Below, in pieces: positions 39,270 to 51,917 of a stretch of 64,000 nt of DNA. Below the pieces are notes generated by a model. That model had not been told where the DNA came from. It saw only the letters and a list, made by a program, of their open reading frames with translations, and did no database searches. How positions within the stretch are numbered: the stretch's first letter is position 1; each line of letters starts with the position of its first letter. The stretch covers positions 1,335 to 65,334 of the forward strand of contig JAKQUO010000028.1 of assembly GCA_029569255.1 (NCBI GenBank), in the 5' to 3' direction. The stretch is from Acidobacteriota bacterium (GTDB lineage: Bacteria > Acidobacteriota > Aminicenantia > Aminicenantales > Saccharicenantaceae). A program made the position numbers and the translations under genes.

Positions 39270-40522
39270 AGACCGAGATCATCGCCGTAGGCACGGAGCT
39301 CCTGACCCCCGATTTCCAGGACACAAACTCCCTCTTCCTGACCGCGGGACTGAACGCGGCCGGGATCGAGGTCGCCTTCAAGTCCGTCGTCGGCGACGAC
39401 TCGCGGGACTTGGCCTGCGCCCTGCGGACGGCCATTGGCCGGGCCGACCTCATCCTCTGCATGGGCGGGCTCGGCCCGACCGAGGACGACCGGACCCGCG
39501 AGACCCTGGCCCGGGTCCTGGGAAAGAAGCTCTTGTTCCGCAAGGAGATCGCGGCCCGCATCCGCGAGAGGTTCCGCCGCCGGGGCCTCCGGGCGCCCGC
39601 GGCGAACCTCAAGCAGAGCTACGTCATCGACGGGGCCGAAACGCTCGACAATCCCAACGGGACGGCTCCGGGGCTGTGGCTGGCCGCGGGCCGCCGCCGA
39701 ATCGCCCTGCTGCCCGGTCCGCCCCGGGAGATCCGGCCGATGTTCGAAAGCCATGTTCTGCCGCGCCTTGAGAGGCGGGGCGGCGCGACCGTCCTCCGGC
39801 GCGTCATCCGGCTGACCGGACTCGGCGAGTCGGCCATGGAGATGAAGCTCAAGCCCGTCTACGCGATCGTCCCGCCGGGAGTCGGGGTGACGACGCTGGC
39901 CTCGCCCGGCGACCTGTCGATCCGCTTGACGGCCCCCGTCAAGGGGCCGGTCGAGGCCGCCGAGGCCCGCCTCGACCGGATCGTCCGGGCCATCGACCGC
40001 GCCCTCGGGCCCTACATCTATTCCCGCGACGGTTCCAGCCTCGAGGCCGTCGTCGGCGGGCTGCTCCGTTCGCGCGGCTTGACGATCGCCTGCGCCGAGT
40101 CCTGCACCGGCGGCCTCATCGCCAGCCGGATCACCGACGTCCCCGGCAGCTCCGCCTATTTCCTCGAGTCCGCGGTCACGTACGGCGACCGGTCCAAGAC
40201 GCGGCGCCTCGGCGTTCCCAAGGCCCTGATCGAGCGCCACGGCGCCGTCAGCGCCGCCGTGGCCCGGGCCATGGCCGCGGGCATCCGCCGGACGTCCGGG
40301 GCCGGCCTCGGGCTCGCCGTGACCGGCGTCGCCGGGCCGGGGGGCGGGACGGCCAGCAAGCCGGTCGGCCTCGTCTACATCGCCTTGGCCCGGGCGAGGG
40401 GGACCGCCGTGACGCGGAGCCTTTTTTTCGGCAGCCGCGAGGACGTCAAGTTCCAGTCGTCCCAGAAGGCCCTGGACCTGGTCAGGAAATCCCTTACCCC
40501 GGCCCGCGGAAAACCGCTATAA
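39266..40522 (+). CDS. cinA: CinA (MoCF-binding domain plus C-terminal NMN deamidase PncC domain)
   Basis: MKTEIIAVGTELL...ILCMGGLGPTEDD...ACAESCTGGLIAS. ATGA overlap with pgpA. Confidence 0.85.
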   Translation: MKTEIIAVGTELLTPDFQDTNSLFLTAGLNAAGIEVAFKSVVGDDSRDLACALRTAIGRADLILCMGGLGPTEDDRTRETLARVLGKKLLFRKEIAARIRERFRRRGLRAPAANLKQSYVIDGAETLDNPNGTAPGLWLAAGRRRIALLPGPPREIRPMFESHVLPRLERRGGATVLRRVIRLTGLGESAMEMKLKPVYAIVPPGVGVTTLASPGDLSIRLTAPVKGPVEAAEARLDRIVRAIDRALGPYIYSRDGSSLEAVVGGLLRSRGLTIACAESCTGGLIASRITDVPGSSAYFLESAVTYGDRSKTRRLGVPKALIERHGAVSAAVARAMAAGIRRTSGAGLGLAVTGVAGPGGGTASKPVGLVYIALARARGTAVTRSLFFGSREDVKFQSSQKALDLVRKSLTPARGKPL

Positions 40523-41094
40523 TGGGCCGAGGAGCGCCCGTGAGAGCCTTCATCGCCATCGACCTCGACCCCGGGCTCAAGGCGGCGGTGCGCGACCTCG
40601 TCCGCGGGCTCGAGGCCTTCGGGGCCGACGTCCGCTGGACCAAGCCCGACGGCCACCACCTGACCCTGAAGTTCCTGGGCGAGATCGGAGACGCGGCGGC
40701 GGAACGGGTCAAGGCCGTTCTGAAGGACACGGCCTCCCGGCACGGCCCCCTCCCGCTCAGGCTGGCCGGGACGGGCGCCTTCCCCGGCGCGCGGAACCCG
40801 CGCGTCCTCTGGATCGGGGTCGCCGCCGGGCCCGAGCTCGCCGCCCTCCAGGCCGACCTGGAACAGGCGCTCGCGAGAGAGGGCTTTCCGCCCGAGGGCC
40901 GCGCCTTCAAGGCCCACCTGACCCTGGGCCGGGTCAAGGGCCGGGCCCGGCTCGACAAGGTCATGGCCGAGCTCGCCGCCCGCGACGGCGACGACTTCGG
41001 CGGCATGACCGCCGCCGCGGTCGCCCTGTTCGAAAGCCGCCTCCGCCCCGGCGGGGCGGAGTATCGCGTCATCGAGGAGGCCCCTCTCGGATGA
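40522..41094 (+). CDS. thpR: RNA 2',3'-cyclic phosphodiesterase (LigT/ThpR, 2H phosphoesterase)
   Basis: Two HxTLxF motifs (HHLTLKFLG, HLTLGRV). A GTG start at 40540 is an alternative. Confidence 0.75.
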   Translation: MGRGAPVRAFIAIDLDPGLKAAVRDLVRGLEAFGADVRWTKPDGHHLTLKFLGEIGDAAAERVKAVLKDTASRHGPLPLRLAGTGAFPGARNPRVLWIGVAAGPELAALQADLEQALAREGFPPEGRAFKAHLTLGRVKGRARLDKVMAELAARDGDDFGGMTAAAVALFESRLRPGGAEYRVIEEAPLG

Positions 41095-41681
41095 AGATCC
41101 TCTTCGCTCTCGCCTCGTATCTCCTGGGCTCCGTCCCGACGGGCTATCTCCTGGTCCGCTGGACCGGGCGCGAGGATGTCCGCGACCTCGGCAGCGGCAA
41201 CACGGGCGCGACGAACGTCCTCCGGGTCAAAGGCTGGAAGGCCGCCCTGCCTGTCGCCGTCTTCGACGTCCTCAAGGGCTTCCTGCCGGCGTTCCTGGCC
41301 CTGCGCTGGTTCGCCGACCCCGGCTTCGCCGCGCTCTGCGGACTGTTCGCGGTCGCCGGCCACTGCTATCCGTTCTCGATCGGGTTCCGGGGCGGCAAGG
41401 GCGTGGCGACGTCGTTCGGCGCCTTCGTCGCGATCGCCCTCTGGCCCAGCCTGGCCGGCCTGGGTGTCTTTCTCGTCGCCGTCGGGGTCACCGGCTACGT
41501 CTCGCTCGGGTCGATCCTCGGCTCGCTCGCCTTCCCGGCCGTCCTGGCGGTCGCCGGCGGCCCTTGGCGGGCCGCGGCCGCGAGCGCGGCCATCGCCGGC
41601 CTGGTCGTCCTGCGGCACAGCGGGAACATCGTCCGTCTCCTCGCCGGCCGGGAGCGCAAGCTCGGGGAGAAGGCGTCATGA
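41091..41681 (+). CDS. plsY: Glycerol-3-phosphate acyltransferase PlsY
   Basis: LLGSVPTGYLL...DLGSGNTGATNVLRVKG. ATGA overlap. Confidence 0.85.
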   Translation: MKILFALASYLLGSVPTGYLLVRWTGREDVRDLGSGNTGATNVLRVKGWKAALPVAVFDVLKGFLPAFLALRWFADPGFAALCGLFAVAGHCYPFSIGFRGGKGVATSFGAFVAIALWPSLAGLGVFLVAVGVTGYVSLGSILGSLAFPAVLAVAGGPWRAAAASAAIAGLVVLRHSGNIVRLLAGRERKLGEKAS

Positions 41682-42673
41682 AGGCGGCGGTCGTCGGCGG
41701 CGGCAGCTGGGGCTCGGCCGTCGCCCGCTATCTCGGCTCGCTCGGCCTGCCGACGCGGCTCTGGATCCGCGAGGACGACATCCTGCGGGAGGCCCGGACG
41801 ACGCGGGAGAACACGACCTTCCTCCCCGGGTTCAAGTTCCCGCCCGAGGTCGAGTTCTCCGGCGACCTGCGGGAGACGGCGGCCTCGGCCGACGTCGTCT
41901 TCATCGCCGTGCCGTCGCAGTTCTGCCGGGCCGCCTACGCCCGGATGGCCCCGGCCCTGCGGAAGGACCAGACCCTGGTCAGCCTGACCAAGGGCTTCGA
42001 CAAGCGGACCCTGAGGCGGATGAGCCAGGTCATGGAAGAGGTCTTCGCCGGGCGCGTCGTCCCGCGCCTGACCGTGCTCTCCGGGCCCAGCTTCGCCCGC
42101 GAGGTCGCCTCGGGCCACCCGACCGCCGTGGTCGTCGCGTCGCGGGAGGCGGCCGCGGCCCGGGACGTCCAGCGCCTCGTCTCCAGCCTGACCCTCCGGG
42201 CCTACACCTCGAGCGACGTCGTCGGGGTCGAGGTGGCCGGGGCCCTGAAGAACGTCATCGCCATCGCCTCCGGCATCGTCGACGCGCTCGAGTTCGGCCT
42301 GAACTCGAGGGCCGCCCTGATCACCCGCGGCCTGGCCGAGATCACCCGTCTTGGCGTCGCCCTCGGGGCGCGGAGGGAGACCTTCGGCGGGTTGGCCGGA
42401 GTCGGCGACCTCGTCCTGACCTGCACCGGCGAGCTCAGCCGGAACCACCGCGTCGGCCAGGAGCTCGGCCGGGGCCGGTCCCTGAAGGAGATCCTGGCCG
42501 GCATGAAGATGGTCGCCGAGGGCGTGCACACGGCCGTGACCGCGCGCCGGCTCGCCCTGTCCCTCGGCGTGGAGATGCCCATCTCGGAACAGATCTATCA
42601 GCTGCTCTACCGCGGCAAGCCGGTCGAGAGGGCCGTGGCCGAGCTGATGTCCCGGACGCTCAAGGCCGAATGA
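41678..42673 (+). CDS. gpsA: NAD(P)H-dependent glycerol-3-phosphate dehydrogenase
   Basis: MKAAVVGGGSWGSAVARYL. ATGA overlap with plsY. Confidence 0.9.
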   Translation: MKAAVVGGGSWGSAVARYLGSLGLPTRLWIREDDILREARTTRENTTFLPGFKFPPEVEFSGDLRETAASADVVFIAVPSQFCRAAYARMAPALRKDQTLVSLTKGFDKRTLRRMSQVMEEVFAGRVVPRLTVLSGPSFAREVASGHPTAVVVASREAAAARDVQRLVSSLTLRAYTSSDVVGVEVAGALKNVIAIASGIVDALEFGLNSRAALITRGLAEITRLGVALGARRETFGGLAGVGDLVLTCTGELSRNHRVGQELGRGRSLKEILAGMKMVAEGVHTAVTARRLALSLGVEMPISEQIYQLLYRGKPVERAVAELMSRTLKAE

Positions 42674-42702
42674 GGGACGGGAGACCGCGAAGGAGGGACG
42701 GG

Positions 42703-43467
42703 ATGCGCGTGAAGACCGTGGCCGTGCTGACGATCTGCGCCAGCCTCGCCTTCTGCGCCTCGGCGCAGAAGAAGGTCGAGCGGGCGCGGGCGAAGGACCC
42801 GAAGTACCAGTACAACCTCGGGAACTTCTACCTCAACCAGAACAACGTCGACGAGGCGATCAAGAGCTACGTCCGGGCCCTGTCCCTCGATACCCGCTTC
42901 TATCCCGCCTACAACGCCCTCGGGCTGGCCCACTCCATGCGGGGCCGCCTCGACGAGGCCGCCAAGTCCTATCTCAAGTGCCTGGAAATCAACCCGGGGT
43001 TCACCGAGGCCCGCAACAACCTGGGCACGGTCTACCAGGAGATGAAGCAGTACGGCAAGGCCGAGGCCGAGTTCAAGGCGGCCCTCCAGGACCCGGGCTT
43101 CCAGAACCGCGAGCTGCCGTATTTCAACCTGGCCCGCCTCTACGTCCTGCAGGACCGGCTCGACGAGGCCGCGGAGAGCGTCGACAAGGCCCTCCAGATC
43201 CGGCCGCGGCTGGCCATGGCCCACAACCTCCGCGGCCTCATCCTGGAGAAGAAGAACGACCTGGCCGGGGCCGTGGCCGCCTACGAGCAGGCGGTCAAGA
43301 TCGTCCCCGACGATGTCGTGTTCAGCTACAACCTGGCCGTGGCCTGCTTCAAGAGCGCGGAGTACGCCAAGGCCAAGGAGCTCTTCCTCAGGCTCCAGGG
43401 CAAGGTCTCCGACGCCGAGACGAAGGACACGATCGCCCGCTACCTCCGGCTCATCGGCGACCGCTGA
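42703..43467 (+). CDS. Secreted/lipoprotein TPR-repeat protein
   Basis: Signal/lipobox MRVKTVAVLTICASLAFCAS followed by about 6 TPR units. AAGGAGGGA RBS. Confidence 0.7.
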   Translation: MRVKTVAVLTICASLAFCASAQKKVERARAKDPKYQYNLGNFYLNQNNVDEAIKSYVRALSLDTRFYPAYNALGLAHSMRGRLDEAAKSYLKCLEINPGFTEARNNLGTVYQEMKQYGKAEAEFKAALQDPGFQNRELPYFNLARLYVLQDRLDEAAESVDKALQIRPRLAMAHNLRGLILEKKNDLAGAVAAYEQAVKIVPDDVVFSYNLAVACFKSAEYAKAKELFLRLQGKVSDAETKDTIARYLRLIGDR

Positions 43468-43470
43468 GCC

Positions 43471-46204
<2,734 letters not shown>

Positions 46205-46208
<4 letters not shown>

Positions 46209-47653
46209 GAGGCGTCGTCGCCGTCGCGGCCCTGGCCGTCCGGCTGGCCTTGTCCCCGGCCTTCGGCCAGGAGCGCTTCCGGCGGACCCCTCCCCTGCCC
46301 GACGCCCGGCCCGTCGAGCTCAAACTCCCGGAGGTCCGGACCGCCGTGCTGGAGAACGGGCTGACGGTGGCCACCGCCGTCCAGCCCGGGGCGCTCACGG
46401 CCACCCTGATGCTCGTCGTCAAGGCGGGCGAGGCCGATTCGCCGCCGGACCGGCCCGGCCTGGCCGGGTTGACGGCGCGGATGATCGGCAAGGGGACAAA
46501 GAGGCTCTCGGCCGAGTATTTCGAGAACATGGTCGAAGCGATGGGGACGGAGCTCTCCGCCGAGACCCGCATGGACTACACGACGGTGTCCCTGCGCGTC
46601 CTCCCCGAGCAGCTGGACCGGGGCATCTTCGCCCTGAGGCTGATGGTCCTCGAGGCCTCGTTCTCCGAGCGCGAGCTGGCCGCCGTCCGAAGGGAGGCCT
46701 TCTGGGGGCTTGTGGACCGGATGAAAGACCCCGAGGCCCTGGCCCGGAGGCATCTCTTCCGCGTCCTCTTCGAGGGGCATCCGTACCGGACGGCGGCCTA
46801 CGCCGAGGACGTCATCAAGTTCATCGCCGCCAAGGACGTCGCCGCCTTCTACGAGGCCTTCTACCGGCCGGCCAACGCCGCCGTGATCGTCTTCGGGGCC
46901 ATCGACGGCGAGACGGCGGCCCGCCGGGTGGCCGGCCACTTCGGCGGCTGGCAGGGCGCCTTTCCCGGTCGGGTCGCCGTGCCGCCGCCATCCCCCAACG
47001 CCCGCGACCGCGTCTGCTTCGTCGAGGCGCCCAACGCCCCCTCGGCCGCCGTGGTCGCAGGCAACGTCGTCATGGACGCCTCCGGCCCGGACGTCTTCCC
47101 CTTCCTCGTCCTCATGCAGGTCCTGGGCGGGACGACGCGGAGCCGCCTGTTCATGAGCCTGCGCGAGACCAAGGGCTACGCCTTCTACGCGTTCAGCGAG
47201 GCCGCGTTCTTCCGCTCGTGCGGCGCCTATTGGGCCCGGGCCCTCGCCCCGCCCGAGACGATCGTCGCCGCGGCCCGGGAGATCCTGCGCGAGATCGAGG
47301 CCCTGGCCGCGGCGCCGGCCGGGCCCGCCGAGATCGAGGAGGGCAAGTCCTTTCTCATCGGCAACCTGCCCGCCCGGTTCGAGTCCCCCGAGGGGTTCGC
47401 CGAGGGCCTGGCCCGCCGCGTCGCCCTGGGCCTCGACGAGGCCCAGTGGGACAAAGGGCCGGAACGGGTCAAGCTGGTCAACGCGGACACGGCCGGGGCC
47501 GCCGCCCGCAGGCACCTGGCCGCCCGTCCGATCGTCGTCATCGCGGGCCGGCCGGAATGGCTCGGCCCGGTGGCCGAGGCGTTCGCCTCGGTCGAGGTCT
47601 ACGACCCCGCCGGAACGCTCGTTCGAACGCTCGTCAAAGGAGAGAGGCAATGA
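46205..47653 (+). CDS. Secreted M16-family protein, non-catalytic type (no HxxEH)
   Basis: Signal peptide MRGVVAVAALAVRLALSPAFGQE. The motif position reads GLAGLTARMIGKGTK. ATGA overlap with the upstream M16 gene. Confidence 0.8.
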
Positions 47654-49332
47654 AGATCATCGAATGCGTCCCCAATTTCAGCGAAGGCCGCGACAAAGAG
47701 AAGATCGGGGCCATCCGAGGCGAGATCGAGGCCGTCCCCGGCGTCAAGCTCCTCGATGTGGACCCGGGGGACTCGACCAACCGGACCGTCGTGACCTTCA
47801 TCGGAACGCCGGAGGCGGTGAAAGAGGCCGCCTTCCGGGCCATCGCCAAGGCCGCCGAGGTCATCGACATGCGCGGGCACAAGGGCGCCCACAGCCGGAT
47901 CGGGGCCACCGACGTCTGCCCGTTCGTCCCCGTCTCGGGCGTGACCATGGACGATTGCGTCAAGCTGGCCGGCGAGCTCGGCGCCCGCGTCGCCTCCGAG
48001 CTGGGGATCCCCGTCTACCTCTACGAGGCGGCGGCCCGCAAGCCGGAGCGCCGCAACCTGGCCGTCGTCCGGGCCGGCGAGTACGAAGGCCTGCCCGAGA
48101 AGCTCAAGGACCCCCGCTGGGCGCCCGATTTCGGCAAGCCCGTCTTCAACCCCAAGTCCGGGGCGACCGTCGTCGGCGCCCGGGAGTTCCTCATCGCCTA
48201 CAACATCAACCTGAACACCCGGGACCGCAAGCTGGCCCACGAGATCGCCCTGAGCCTGCGAGAGAGCGGCCGGGCCAAGCGGGACAAGGACGGCAACGTC
48301 GTCAAGGACGCCCGGGGCCGGACGGTCAAGGTCCCCGGCCGGTTCAAGGAGGTCAAGGCCGTCGGCTGGTACGTCGAGGACTACGGCGTCGCCCAGGTCT
48401 CCGTCAACTTCACCAACTACAAGGTGACGCCCGTCCACGTCGTCTTCGACGAGGCCCGGCGCCTGGCCGGAAAGCTCGGCCTCCGGGTGACCGGCAGCGA
48501 GCTCGTCGGCCTCATCCCCCTGGAGGCCTTGCTCGCGGCCGGCCGCCATTACCTCGAGAAACAGGGCAAGAGCCCGGGCGTGCCGGAGGAGGAGCTCGTC
48601 CGCATCGCGGTCAAGTCGCTCGGGCTGGCCGACGTCGCCCCCTTCGATCCGGAGAAGAAGATCATCGAATATCAGTTCCGCGACGGCGGGGCCCGCCTCG
48701 TCCGGATGTCCCTGGCCCGTTTCGCCGACGAGCTGTCCATGGATTCGCCGACGCCCGGCGGCGGCAGCGTCGCCGCTCTCTGCGGCAGCCTGTCCGCGGC
48801 CCTGGCGGCCATGGTGGCCAACCTGACGGTCGGCAAGAAGGAGTACCAGGGCGTTTGGGCGGACATGGCCGAGACGGCCGTCCGGGCCCAGCGGCTCAAG
48901 AGCGCCCTCCTCGAGGCCGTGGACCGGGACACGAAGGCGTTCGACAAGGTCATGGACGCCCTCCGCCTGCCCAAGACCACGCCGGAGCAGGCCGAGGAGA
49001 AGGACCGGGCCGTCGAGGCGGCGAACAAGGAGGCCACGCTCGTCCCGCTCGAGGTCCTTGAGAAGGCCGTCGAGGCGGTGACCCTGGCCCGGCGGGCGGC
49101 GGCCGAGGGCAACAAGAACTCCGTGAGCGACGCCGGAGTGGCCGGGTTGGCCGGGCAGGCCGCGGGCGACGGGGCCTACTACAACGTCCTCATCAACCTG
49201 GCCGGGATCAAGGACCGGGCGTTCGCCGCCCGGGTCAGGCGCGACGCGGACCGGGCCAAGAGGGCGCTCGACAGGGAAGGCAAGGCCGTCAGGGACATCC
49301 TGGCCCGGGCCTTGAGAGCCTCGAAGGGCTGA
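47650..49332 (+). CDS. ftcD: Bifunctional glutamate formimidoyltransferase / formimidoyl-THF cyclodeaminase (FtcD, fused form)
   Basis: N-terminal formiminotransferase domain (MKIIECVPNFSEGRD...). C-terminal cyclodeaminase domain (SPTPGGGSVAALCGSLSAAL...). ATGA overlap with the M16 gene. Confidence 0.8.
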   Translation: MKIIECVPNFSEGRDKEKIGAIRGEIEAVPGVKLLDVDPGDSTNRTVVTFIGTPEAVKEAAFRAIAKAAEVIDMRGHKGAHSRIGATDVCPFVPVSGVTMDDCVKLAGELGARVASELGIPVYLYEAAARKPERRNLAVVRAGEYEGLPEKLKDPRWAPDFGKPVFNPKSGATVVGAREFLIAYNINLNTRDRKLAHEIALSLRESGRAKRDKDGNVVKDARGRTVKVPGRFKEVKAVGWYVEDYGVAQVSVNFTNYKVTPVHVVFDEARRLAGKLGLRVTGSELVGLIPLEALLAAGRHYLEKQGKSPGVPEEELVRIAVKSLGLADVAPFDPEKKIIEYQFRDGGARLVRMSLARFADELSMDSPTPGGGSVAALCGSLSAALAAMVANLTVGKKEYQGVWADMAETAVRAQRLKSALLEAVDRDTKAFDKVMDALRLPKTTPEQAEEKDRAVEAANKEATLVPLEVLEKAVEAVTLARRAAAEGNKNSVSDAGVAGLAGQAAGDGAYYNVLINLAGIKDRAFAARVRRDADRAKRALDREGKAVRDILARALRASKG

Positions 49333-49334
49333 CC

Positions 49335-50156
49335 CTATCCCCGGCCCGGCCGCGCGGCCCGGCCCTTCCGTCGCAGCGAGAACGCGGCGAAGGCGGCGAA
49401 GCAGAGGATGACGATGGCCGCCGAGGCCGGGATGTTCAGGGCGACCGACAGGGCCAGGCCGCCGGCCACGGCCAGGACGGCCACGGCGATCGAGGCCCTC
49501 ACCGCTCCCCGGAAGCTCGAGGCGACCTGGAGCCCGGCGGCCGCCGGGATGACCAGGAGCGCGGCCACGAGCAGGATGCCGGCGATCTTCATCCCCAGCA
49601 CGATCGTGACGGCCGTCAGGACCATGAGCAGCGTATCCAGACGGCCGACGGGGACGCCGGCGGCGCGGGCCGATTCCCGGTCGAAGGTCATGTAGAGAAG
49701 CTTGGCGTAGTTCAGCCGGACCGCGGCCAGGACGGCGGCGGCCAGGACGAGGGTCAGGACGACCTCGACCGGCTCGATGGCCAGGATGTCGCCGAAGAGA
49801 TAGGCCATGAGCTCGACGTTGAAGCTGCGGGCGAGCGAGGCCAGCAGGACGCCGGCGGCCAGGCCCAGGCTGCTGAAGATGCCGATGGCCGTGTCGCCGT
49901 GGAGGCCGGCCCGGTCCTTGATCCGCATGACCCCGACGGCCGCGGCGACGGCCACGGCCAGGGCCGCCGCGAGCGGCAGGACGCCGAGGAACAGGCCGAA
50001 GGCCACCCCGGCGAAGGCGATGTGGGCCAGCCCGTGGCCGATCATGGCGTCCTTGCGGAGGACCAGGAAAAGGCCCAGCACGGCGCAGGCCACGGCGATC
50101 AGGACGCCGGCCAGGAGGCCGCGCTGCAGGAAGCCGTATGCGAGCAGGGCGTCCAT
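49335..50156 (-). CDS. Metal (Zn/Mn) ABC transporter permease, ABC-3 family
   Basis: 273 aa, about 8 TM helices. ZnuB/MntB-like. Confidence 0.8.
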   Translation of the reverse strand: MDALLAYGFLQRGLLAGVLIAVACAVLGLFLVLRKDAMIGHGLAHIAFAGVAFGLFLGVLPLAAALAVAVAAAVGVMRIKDRAGLHGDTAIGIFSSLGLAAGVLLASLARSFNVELMAYLFGDILAIEPVEVVLTLVLAAAVLAAVRLNYAKLLYMTFDRESARAAGVPVGRLDTLLMVLTAVTIVLGMKIAGILLVAALLVIPAAAGLQVASSFRGAVRASIAVAVLAVAGGLALSVALNIPASAAIVILCFAAFAAFSLRRKGRAARPGRG

Positions 50157-50163
50157 CGTCGCG

Positions 50164-50913
50164 TCAGTGCTCGTGGGAGATGAAGTGGTCGCCGCGCTCG
50201 ACCATGGCCCGGAAGACGTCCGAGCGGCAGAACTCGGCGTGGCTGCCGTGGTAGGCCAGCCTCTGGTTGAGGCAGGCGACGCTCGTGACGTGCTTGTTGA
50301 CGATGCCGTAGTCGTGGGTGATGAGGACGATGGTCAGCCCCTCGTCGCGGTTGAGCCGGCGGAGCATGTCGTAGAACGCCGCCTGGGTCTCGGCGTCGAC
50401 GCCCGTCGTCGGCTCGTCGAGGAACAGGATCCGGGGCGAGGTGACCAGGGCCCGGGCGATGAAGACGCGCTGCTGCTGGCCGCCGGAGAGGTGCCCGACG
50501 GGCCAGCGGGCGAAATCGGCCATGCCGACGGCCCGGAGGGCCCGGACGACCCGGCCGCGCCCCCCTCCTCTCCCGGCCCGCCCGGCGGCGAGCAGGGCCA
50601 TGGCCACGACCTCTTCGGCCGAGGCCGGGAAGAGCGGATCGATGTGGGTCGCCTTCTGGGGGACGTAGCCGATCCCGGACCGGTCCGCGAGATCGCCGGG
50701 CGGCGCCCCGAGGAGCTCGACACGGCCCTCGGTGGGCTGGAGCAATCCGAGGATGATCTTGACCAAGGTCGTCTTGCCCGAGCCGTTGGGCCCGATGATG
50801 GCCAGGAAATCGCCTTCCTTGATGGCCAGGTCGATGCCGGTGAGGACGGGGGTCCCGTGGTAGGCGAAGGACACGCCGCGGACGGCGACGAGGTCCATGG
50901 GATTCACCGGCAT
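50164..50913 (-). CDS. Metal ABC transporter ATP-binding protein (ZnuC-like)
   Basis: Walker A GPNGSGKTT. Signature LSGGQQQRV. Walker B ILFLDEPT. Confidence 0.85.
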   Translation of the reverse strand: MPVNPMDLVAVRGVSFAYHGTPVLTGIDLAIKEGDFLAIIGPNGSGKTTLVKIILGLLQPTEGRVELLGAPPGDLADRSGIGYVPQKATHIDPLFPASAEEVVAMALLAAGRAGRGGGRGRVVRALRAVGMADFARWPVGHLSGGQQQRVFIARALVTSPRILFLDEPTTGVDAETQAAFYDMLRRLNRDEGLTIVLITHDYGIVNKHVTSVACLNQRLAYHGSHAEFCRSDVFRAMVERGDHFISHEH

Positions 50914-51821
50914 CCCAGCCCGTCCCGGAGAGCGGCCAGGTTCTCTTCCATGAGCCCGAAGAAGGACGCGCCGCCTGCCTGCTGTTCCCTGGTCACGTTG
51001 TGCCCGGAGTGAAGGACGAAGACCCGGCCGCCGATCTCGCGGGCCAGCGTCCTCGAAAGGTCCGGCGCCACCGAGTTCTCGAAGAAGACGGTCGTGATCC
51101 CCTCCGCCCGGCAGAAGTCGACGGCTGCCATGAGGTCCCTGGGCCGGGGCTGGGCGTCCGGGCTGAGGCCGTAAAGGGACATCTGGACCAGCCCGTACCT
51201 TCGGGCGAGGTAGCCGAAGGCGCCGTGCCCGGCCAGGACGACGGTCCGGCCGCGGCAGCCGTCGAGGCCCCGGCGGTAGGCCGCGTCGAGGCCTCTCAGG
51301 CGGCCCGCGAGCCTCGCGGCGTTGGCCGTGAACAAGGCCTCCCCGGCCGGATCGAGACGGCCGAGCTCGGCGGCGATCCGTTCCACGATCCTCTGGTCGA
51401 GCTCGAAATCGAGCCAGACGTGTGGATCGAGGGCGCCGTGGCCGTGAGCCTCTTCCCCGCCGCCTCCCCCGGGCCCGGGGAGGCCCAAGCCGGCCGCGGC
51501 CTCGAGCGTCCTGACGCGCCCCGGCGGAAAGGCCTTGAGCAGCCCCGGCAGCCAGGGCTCAAGGCCGGAGCCGATGAAGAGGAGGAGGTCGCACTCGGCC
51601 AGCCGGGCGATGTCGCCCGGTCGCGGCTGCCAGGTGTGGACTCCGGCCCCGGGCGGCAGCAACAGCGAGACCTCGGCCCTGTCGCCGGCGACCTCGGCCG
51701 CGAACTCCTTCAAGGGCAGAACGGTGGCGAGGACCCGGAGCTTGGCCGGGGCCGCGGCGGCGGCCGTCACGGCGGCCGCGGCCAGGGCGGCGGCGAGGAG
51801 GAAACGGGCGGGCGCTCTCAT
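50904..51821 (-). CDS. Metal ABC transporter substrate-binding protein (ZnuA/TroA family)
   Basis: 305 aa. Signal peptide MRAPARFLLAAALAAAAV. DPHVWLD metal-site motif. His-rich loop EEAHGHG. Start at complement 51819..51821, well inside the 847-aa track ORF. Confidence 0.75.
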   Translation of the reverse strand: MRAPARFLLAAALAAAAVTAAAAAPAKLRVLATVLPLKEFAAEVAGDRAEVSLLLPPGAGVHTWQPRPGDIARLAECDLLLFIGSGLEPWLPGLLKAFPPGRVRTLEAAAGLGLPGPGGGGGEEAHGHGALDPHVWLDFELDQRIVERIAAELGRLDPAGEALFTANAARLAGRLRGLDAAYRRGLDGCRGRTVVLAGHGAFGYLARRYGLVQMSLYGLSPDAQPRPRDLMAAVDFCRAEGITTVFFENSVAPDLSRTLAREIGGRVFVLHSGHNVTREQQAGGASFFGLMEENLAALRDGLGCR

Positions 51822-51852
51822 CCCCCCGATTATACTCCCCCGCCCCGGCTTG

Positions 51853-51867
51853 AATCCATCGCGGATT
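51853..51867. promoter_or_regulatory. Palindrome AATCC-N5-GGATT in the divergent znuA / pepD intergenic region; candidate metalloregulator (Zur-like) operator
   Basis: Position between the zinc-uptake operon and a zinc-dependent dipeptidase gene. Not a match to the E. coli Zur box. Confidence 0.2.
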
Positions 51868-51917
51868 TGTGGCATCATCATCGTCTCCGCAACCCATCCC
51901 TCCGATAGGAGAACGAC

